A stretch of 41,603 nt of DNA from Dimargaris cristalligena (taxonomy: Eukaryota): contig ML002326.1 of the NCBI GenBank assembly GCA_003614675.1, positions 1 through 41,603 on the forward strand. The letters are read 5' to 3'. Shown piece by piece: positions 34,301 to 41,603 of the stretch. The notes below the pieces were generated by a model. That model ran no database searches. It was given only the letters and a program-made list of their open reading frames with translations, and had not been told where the DNA came from. How positions within the stretch are numbered: position 1 is the stretch's first letter; each line of letters opens with the position of its first letter. The position numbers and the translations under genes are program-made.

Positions 34301-37300
34301 GATCTATTGAACAGCCGGTCCAAATGGTCCGGCATCTGCGATCCCGAGGCTACCGTATCTAATCTCCGGGACGAGGGCTGGATCATTGACACTCGGGAAC
34401 CCCCGGTCGCAGATAGCGACCCTGGTAGCCCTAATTCGTCGAACATGGATATCGATCAGGAGGATGACGTGTACTTAAACACCGGTACGGGAAGCCGGGG
34501 GCGGAGCAAGCGGTCTGACATGCTCACTTGCCTAAACTGCCAAAGCGTCCATGCCGAGCGATGGAAGGTTGTACCCCTGGCTGCCATGCCCTCCATGCGC
34601 GTGTATCACAGCCCTACCGCCTCATCCAATAGTCAAGGGTTTTTAACCACCTCTGTCGTGACCCCGCTGACTACCATCGTTAGTCGCACCTTACAGGACG
34701 GTCTATTGGCCCATGAGCCGATATCCACCACCACCGCCGTGTACGGATCCCGGTCCAATCCCGGCACCGAAGTGACCCCAGTTACACAGGCCGGGCTCCA
34801 GCCCCACCCGTCGCCTCTGCCGTCGGCTACCAGTCCGCACATCCCCATGAGTGGTACTGTCTCCATGATCACCTACAACCGGCGGCAGCGCAATGCAGTG
34901 AAACACTTGTGTGATGTGTGCGGTTACTACTGGCTCAAATACTCCGCACTGCCCGGTGTGGGCGAATACGAGCGGTTCCTAATCAACACAATGCTGTTCT
35001 CCCCGCTGGCCGGGCCCCAACTGATCCCGCTGTTGACCAAGTTTGACCTAAGTTGGGATACTATCCGGGATCAATTACTGGATCCCCTGGCTGTCGCCCC
35101 ACTCATGTTGTTCACGAGCCTTTATTTAATTCCGTCCTCGTTGAACGGCATGCAGGTCGCTGGAGGGGCTCCTGGCGATTTAAGTGTCTTTACGGGACGG
35201 GCGATTAGCCGGGGCAACTCCCGGGGACCTTCCCGGGCTTCCACTCCCAACACGCCCAGCGGCTGGACTTTTGCCCTTGAAGCCCCACCTCACGCTCGGC
35301 GTCGCGAAGGGTCAGCCGATAGTCATTATGTGCCGCCCGGCCGGGGCTCCAAGCAACGGGGGGCTGGGTCTATTACCACCCCACAAAGTGGTCGCAAGTC
35401 TGCCCGCGGTCTCATGGTGGATATCGGTGACGACGATACCCCGGTTCGCGGAAAACGTTCCATGGGTCCCCGCAGTGCCAAATCCGGTCCCCGATCCCCC
35501 GATACTGATAGCCCCAAGAATGCCACCAAGCGACTCCGGGTCGTACAGCACTCGCCTACTCCGTGTGCCGTATGTATCCACCCCGATACCAAACACCCCG
35601 CTCTTCTGACCTGTAGCGACTGTGGCCTCTCGGTCCATGCCTTTTGCTACGGTGTCCCGGATTCAGCCGGGAACCCCGTCCCTGCCCTACCCTTGCCAGT
35701 CTCCGACCCTTCCGTATATGCATCGCTTCCCCGTCCCTGGTCGTGCGACGCCTGCCGCAACGTGCGCCAGCCCTACATTTCTCGGCAGTACTCCTGTATC
35801 TTGTGCCGCCAACCGGGGCGATCCCCGCTCTACGGCCCTGTGTCCGTCTATGAGGCACTTAAGCCGACCGTGGATAATAACTGGGTCCACATGTGGTGCG
35901 CTCTCGGGATTCCGGAAATGACCTTTGGGAACGGGGCCTCGCTTCAACCCGTGGAGGGTACCTCCGCCCTACTCTACAACCGCTGGACCCACCAATGTGA
36001 AATTTGCTTGGCCGCTGTTCCGCCCCCCACCCCCTTTGACTCGGCCCTACTCAGCGAGGCTATCACTCCTATTCTGTCCCGCACCAATAGTCGAATGCCC
36101 CTTGCTGATACAGCGGCTACGCCTACCAAGATTGGACTGGAGCCAACCAATGGGACCCCCTTGGCCCAGACTCCGTCTCAGGATCAGCGGAATTCCAGCC
36201 GTAGCCTGCGACCCAAGCGTAGCCCGGTTGTGCGTATGCCATCGACTCCCAACGAGGCTAACCAGCCGCTGGGCAAGATTATTTCATCGGCTGATGAGTG
36301 TAGCTTATGTGTACCCTGTCGGGCCCCATCGTGTCGTCGTTATATCCACGTGTCTTGCGCTATTAGATCGTGCCTCCAAACATCCCCAGGCCAGCCTCTC
36401 GCCAGTCCCGGTGGTTTGGCTGGTTACCGGGTCGGTTTTGAAGCTATTACCCAGGATCGAGCTACTCGGCCCACTCCCCTTCACGCTTCGGCCAGTACCG
36501 TCGCTACTCCAACGACAGCTACTCCCAAAGGAAAAACAATCGGGAAGCGCGGCGCTGCGGACCGACGCGTGGGGTCAGACTCGGTGAAGACCCCCTCCTG
36601 GCCTGATCGGTGGGCACCCACCGGGGCCAATACCGTCGAGATTACCGATATCGCGGCCTTCTTCACCAATCAGGGCCGATTAAGTCCGGTGGTCTATTGC
36701 CCGGTGCATAACAAAGAACGCCAGAAGAATTTCGTGGCCCTCTCAGCGACCGACAAGTCCGGTCAGCCCATTTTGGCCGCCTACATTCAACACAGCCGCT
36801 TGTCCCACGTGCCTGGCCGGGGTGCCCTCCTGAAATCCCGCTTGATGGTCCAGGAATTGGCCAAGTTTCCACCCTACAACCGCCTTACTACCGAGATGGG
36901 ACTCTTGGGATCCGAGGTACCGTCCACGCTGACCTGTTGGAGCGACCCCGAGGGGCCCTCAACATTTCACCGATTGGACCCCCAAAGCAGTGAACCAACC
37001 CTGGTCCCCCCATCCCTGGCCCTGGCTATTTTGGCCCGGGATACCGATCAACAACTGGGCAACCCCGCTGCCCGGCGGATGCCCCGCACACTCCAGCAGG
37101 AATACGTCTGGCCCATCTCGTCTATTCCCAGCCCACCCTCCCCGCAGCTTCCTACCCTATCGACCCACTCCTGTGTTGAATGTGGGACCGCTTGGTGCCC
37201 TCTTTGGTGGTCACGGAGCGATGTCAAATTATTTAATGACATGATGCAACGCTACCGGGCTAAACTGGGGGGGGCTTCGGAACAAGGCGGACCTGACTCA

Positions 37301-37606
37301 TCGGATAATTTAACCGCTGAAATCGAACGCCTTTTGCGAAATCTACCCTTGCAACAGAAGGGGGATTATGGCCAGGATGTCTTCCAATCCCTATTGGACG
37401 CGTTCACCAAGGTTCGGCAGCAGTTGCAGGAACAGGCACTCGATGCCAACTCGCCTGCTCTAGGACCAGGTCACCCCGTGAATTCAACCAGGGAGAGCCT
37501 GTACGGCTCGTCAGACGCCCCGGCCATGGCTATCTCAGCTTCCTCGACTTCCCCCAATAACGACTGTCTTTGCCACCGTTGCTTTATTCAATCAATTCGC
37601 CTGTAA
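31400..37606 (+). CDS. SNT2: Snt2-like chromatin regulator (BAH, PHD, ELM2, SANT, GATA-like, PHD, extended PHD), 2 exons, 1855 aa
   Basis: Exons 31400-31487 and 32127-37606 give LQNGVKIQVNDHVYL...FYIGRVMEF (BAH start). Further motifs: WYQRP, LVVATMHSDVNPVSTIRGKCVVTH, FYFTQLFDRF; PHD CKVC...HMGCLDPPL..KPGKGYVWQCVSC; ELM2 WPFRYLG...RIYPRAASRLGVKYQANVP; SANT; LKPTVDNNWVHMWCA. Confidence 0.95.
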
Positions 37607-40600
37607 TATTGCCTTCCGTTTTTGGCTATATTCGGCTAATACTCCGTTACTTGGGTGTTACTTCCCTTTGACTAGGAACCCACAGCTTGTTTGGGCGACT
37701 TTCTCTCTTTCCATCTCCCAAACTGCCCCGTTTTAGCAAACAGTTATATCCTTTCTCAATGATTTTCACACCCCCCTCACTCACTCCTCCCCCCTTTTGA
37801 CATGTTCATCTTGATGCCCTACAATGATCTTCAACCCCCTAAAATGGGACCTGTAAAAACCAACTGGTCATGTATTTGGCTCGATTTTATGTCGCTAATT
37901 ACCCACTGCGTATACATTCCCTTTTTTTTAATACCTTTTCTATTTTATACATAATCATGAGCGCCATTTCCTAGTGAATCTAGCCCACTGCCAATTTTTA
38001 TATTTTTAATAGAATGTTTTAGTTTTGCATAAGTTTGACATGACTTCCACCTTTTCAACAAAACTCCCATGATAATAAATGGTAGAACGCCAGGCCCCAA
38101 CACGGCTAGATAATTCGGTTCTATTTGGATTCTATTTAGCACACCCATTAGATAATCAATAATTCGACATCTTCACCAATGCTCTTAATTTAATGTGGGT
38201 ATGCTTTGCATGTTTCGTACCAGTGGGTTTTGATATAGATAGCTGGGGAATAAGGGGGCTCATGAGGGGAGTGCGCCGGGGTAGTAATCCGGCCCCTCGA
38301 CCTCACGGTCAAGGTTTCAGCAGAGCAGGTTTAAGTCAGCGTTTTGACCTGATGGTGTAGAACAGGGGGGGAGGGGTGAAACAAAGGGGGAAAATCAGAA
38401 TTAGCTCTAACAATATGAATTCTATACCCCTTTACAATTGGCCACATGCTAGAAATACGTAGATGATTGTCTGCTAATGTTAAGGGGGGGGGTAGAGTGA
38501 AAATACTACGAGAAGAGCGTATACTGAAAAGGCCCACTGCACTGTGAGTTGATAACAGGGCTTTTTTAGTAGTCAAACTACCCCTCCTACTGATTTATTC
38601 TCACCTTTCAATCCGATTGGGCGGGGTAACTTTCTCAGGCATTAATCTACATGAAAAGGGAGGAAGGTGGTGTTGCTTACCACTACCTCGACTGCTCCCT
38701 TGGGTGCGAAAAATTATCCATCAAGGCCTCTGTAATTCGGACACTCGAACCTTAAAATAAAGTTGGTAAATCTCACCTTCACGAGCGGCTCGACTGTGAA
38801 GCCGTTGTATGTGTGTCTGTGGGTGTATGTGAGGGGGGTATTCCGTGTCAGGACAGTCTCGTTTAACCCCCGACTCCATAAACTTGATCATAGCTCACCG
38901 TTTTATCGGGATAGCCCTTCGCAAAAACTCGTTACGGGGTAGTATTGGATAATATCCAGACAAGGCTGGGCTGGGTAGCAAAAAAGCAATCTCCTACACG
39001 CCAACACCAGCGAGGCTCCGAGGATCACACCCTTGCCGAAATCATCTCACTGAGAAGTAAGTATCTGCTTCACCCTCCGACAATCCCCCTATACTATCCT
39101 ATTCTACCTCGTCTCCCAAACCTGCTGCTGGTTCAATCCTCCCAAACTGAGTTCCACCAGGGTCGTCTTAGAGTGGAGGAGGGGGGATTAGCCGATGATT
39201 TGTTAGGGGTAGGGGGCCCAATTTCGGTTTATCAAACCTATTTCTGAGTTCAGAGTACCGGGGGATTCTCTCCGTCGAGGAACCATGGTTTTTTATTCAC
39301 CAACACAGTTTCCTTAGTTGGATAAAACTGTACAGCGAGTGCAAAAATAAAACCGGTCTTTGCTATTAATCGGGAAGAATGGTGACTTGATCTCCCCACT
39401 GTCAATGAGACTACCCCTCTCTGGGTTCGGTTTTAAGTGATCTCTTTCTATGAGAAGAGGCAGTGCCAACACCCCTCGAGGGTCATCTTAGATTAAAGCT
39501 CATCAGCACTATGTCTATGCTCTTCACCTTCAAACACGGGAAATAGATGAGCCGGCCATTAATACGCCCGCCTCAACCATTGCAGGACATGGCACTGGGC
39601 GATCCTCTCTACCCCGGTAGTCTCTACTATTGGACTCTACCATCCCTAGTTTTTTTTACAGCGACGTGTTCACCCAATAGCGTTTTTTTATTAGGTGGGC
39701 TCTTGAGTCTCTTTTTAAAATATATACATATATGCTGGTGGGAGGCATACCAATGGGGGCTAGCCAAGGGATGATAGAGGCATTTTAGTCGACTCTCATC
39801 AATTATCTGATAAAGCAATGGGTATTGAATTAACTCATGCCATCCCCCTAGTGCTGACAATTTCTCTGTTCTAGGAAATCAAAACCTGCCTGATTGGCAG
39901 TTAAAGCTGCACCTATCTCACAAGTAGAGGTTTCATTAGTAGTCTGGTCCATTTGGGTGAAATTCGGTCCAACTGTGTAAGGGTTACGAAAATACATGTA
40001 TGGAGGGAAATAAGCAGGCGATTCATTTTTAACCAGTAATATTTGCCTCATCCAACGGATTTTTTTGGAATAAAGCCTGTAGTTGAAACCTTTCCCATTT
40101 ATACCCAACTGTTTTCGCGTTAATATCTGGCTATCGACCGGTATTGGGAGGGGTGGGAGCCAGTGGGTTGGAGTGAGGGATCTGTGCTATTTAAAAATGG
40201 CAGGATAAAGTCGACCCCTTGCTGAAGCCGCTTGTTCTAGTTGGGATAAATATCTATTCCCGGAGATATATTCGCCCAGACTTATTAACCCCCCCCTCTC
40301 TCATCCTTGATGGAGAACAGATAAATTTGGTACAGGCTGACCAATGCGCCGATTTAAGAGGGAAATCCACATTATCGAATAAATGGGGAATAAAACCATC
40401 CTTCCCCCCTATAAAAAATGCCCGAGTCTACCCCTTGACATTAAATTACCTCTTTTCAGCGGAAAATAAATCTCTGGACAAGGATACAGTCATGTGGGAC
40501 AACGGGTCGCCAGCCATCTCCCTGTTTCGCGCACATCCTTTCGCACCTGTCCTCAGTACTATGTATTAGTTGCCATTTAAAGCAAGATTGTCCTTGAAAG

Positions 40601-41431
40601 TCGCTGTCAATAGCTCGCACCTATTAGTGGATATTTTTGTATAACCTAGCCACGATTGGTTCAGGCTGTCAGCAAAGTGTTCAGTTGGAAGAGTGAGGTC
40701 TGTTGTTCACACGATTGGAGAGGTCCCTATGGTTCAATTAAACCGCTCGGAAACTGCCCAACTATGAAGGGAGGCCCTCCTTGTCAGCTTATAATCCCGC
40801 CTAGAAATGTCTAGGTGGTGGTGTGTGTGGGGGGTATTCATAGTAGTAGGAAACTGGAAGCCCGGAATATACAAACCCTGGGTGGCCACATTGAACTTAA
40901 GCCCAGCCTAGTAGTGATCGACAACGGGGGGTGGTGTGGGACGTTTAGCCAATACGGCGCCCAGCCGACCAACCTATTCCCTGCCTAACACTTGTATGAG
41001 CTGCAGGGCAATCCTTTTCCTGTTTAATTGGCCACTGGGATATTCTACTGCAAAGGCCTGACCTAATGTATGGCCAAATCCGTTGGACTGACATATACAT
41101 ATATATATATACATAAGACTCGCCCGCGTACACCTCACTTTTATCCCGACTTTTTTCCATACCTGGCCTTTAATCGGCGCGCTTGTATATTGTTGTTAAT
41201 TTGACGTGTGACGTTTTTTGGACCGTACTCTACTACCACCATTCTACCACTATCTAATGAGCTGGGGCATACCGAATACTCATCCCTGGCGGTATATATC
41301 CATACATTTATACATATTTTTTCAAGCTAGTATCTACCACCAGTCGTTCAGCGTTTAGTTTAGTCGTTTTCGCTTTTATTATTATTATTATTATTTAAAA
41401 CCGCCATAGAGTTAACTTTTCATTCTAAATC

Positions 41432-41533
41432 ATGGTATTTTCCCCAATTTGGGGTATCGCGCTTCTGCTCCTCGGGCTGGCCACCCATGGATCCACTACC
41501 AGCGACTTCCGGTTTCGTATATGGGTGGACAAG
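41432..41533 (+). CDS. Probable first exon of a signal-peptide-bearing protein; the gene runs off the window
   Basis: ATG after an AT-rich leader gives MVFSPIWGIALLLLGLATHGSTTSDFRFRIWVDK, followed by a consensus donor AAG|GTAAGC. Confidence 0.6.
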
Positions 41534-41603
41534 GTAAGCCTTAACAGCGATTTCTTGGTTGCCACCAACGATACCTCATTCGAAGTTATATCCGGTCCGG
41601 CGG

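Noticed and set aside
38731-38755. GGTTCGA T-loop-like motif on the minus strand (similar motifs at about 3103, 21534 and 31874)
   Set aside because: No acceptor stem or cloverleaf can be built; not tRNA genes.

Overview
Eukaryotic, intron-containing fungal DNA. Gene style suggests an early-diverging lineage such as Zoopagomycota; this is inference, not proven. The window opens with the 3' part of a tyrosine-recombinase (DIRS-order) retrotransposon: RNase H tail fused to an N6-adenine methyltransferase-like domain with an intact NPPF motif, a tyrosine recombinase ORF with all catalytic residues, and a 19-bp direct repeat pair flanking a 294-bp AT-rich segment that looks like a split-direct-repeat terminus. 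A short degenerate zone follows, then a block of mostly housekeeping genes, many in head-to-head pairs: YKT6, PRP18, NOP16 (one frameshift at a G8 run), mitochondrial bL17, an Lsb1/Pin3-like SH3 protein, dynein light chain roadblock, MGE1, enoyl-CoA delta-isomerase, choline/ethanolamine kinase, a Yap1-type bZIP factor, an orphan secreted protein and an Snt2-like chromatin protein. The first exon of another signal-peptide gene lies at the right edge. Exon structures were derived by hand from GT-AG sites and frame continuity. The best candidate for unusual biology is the methyltransferase-carrying YR retroelement.
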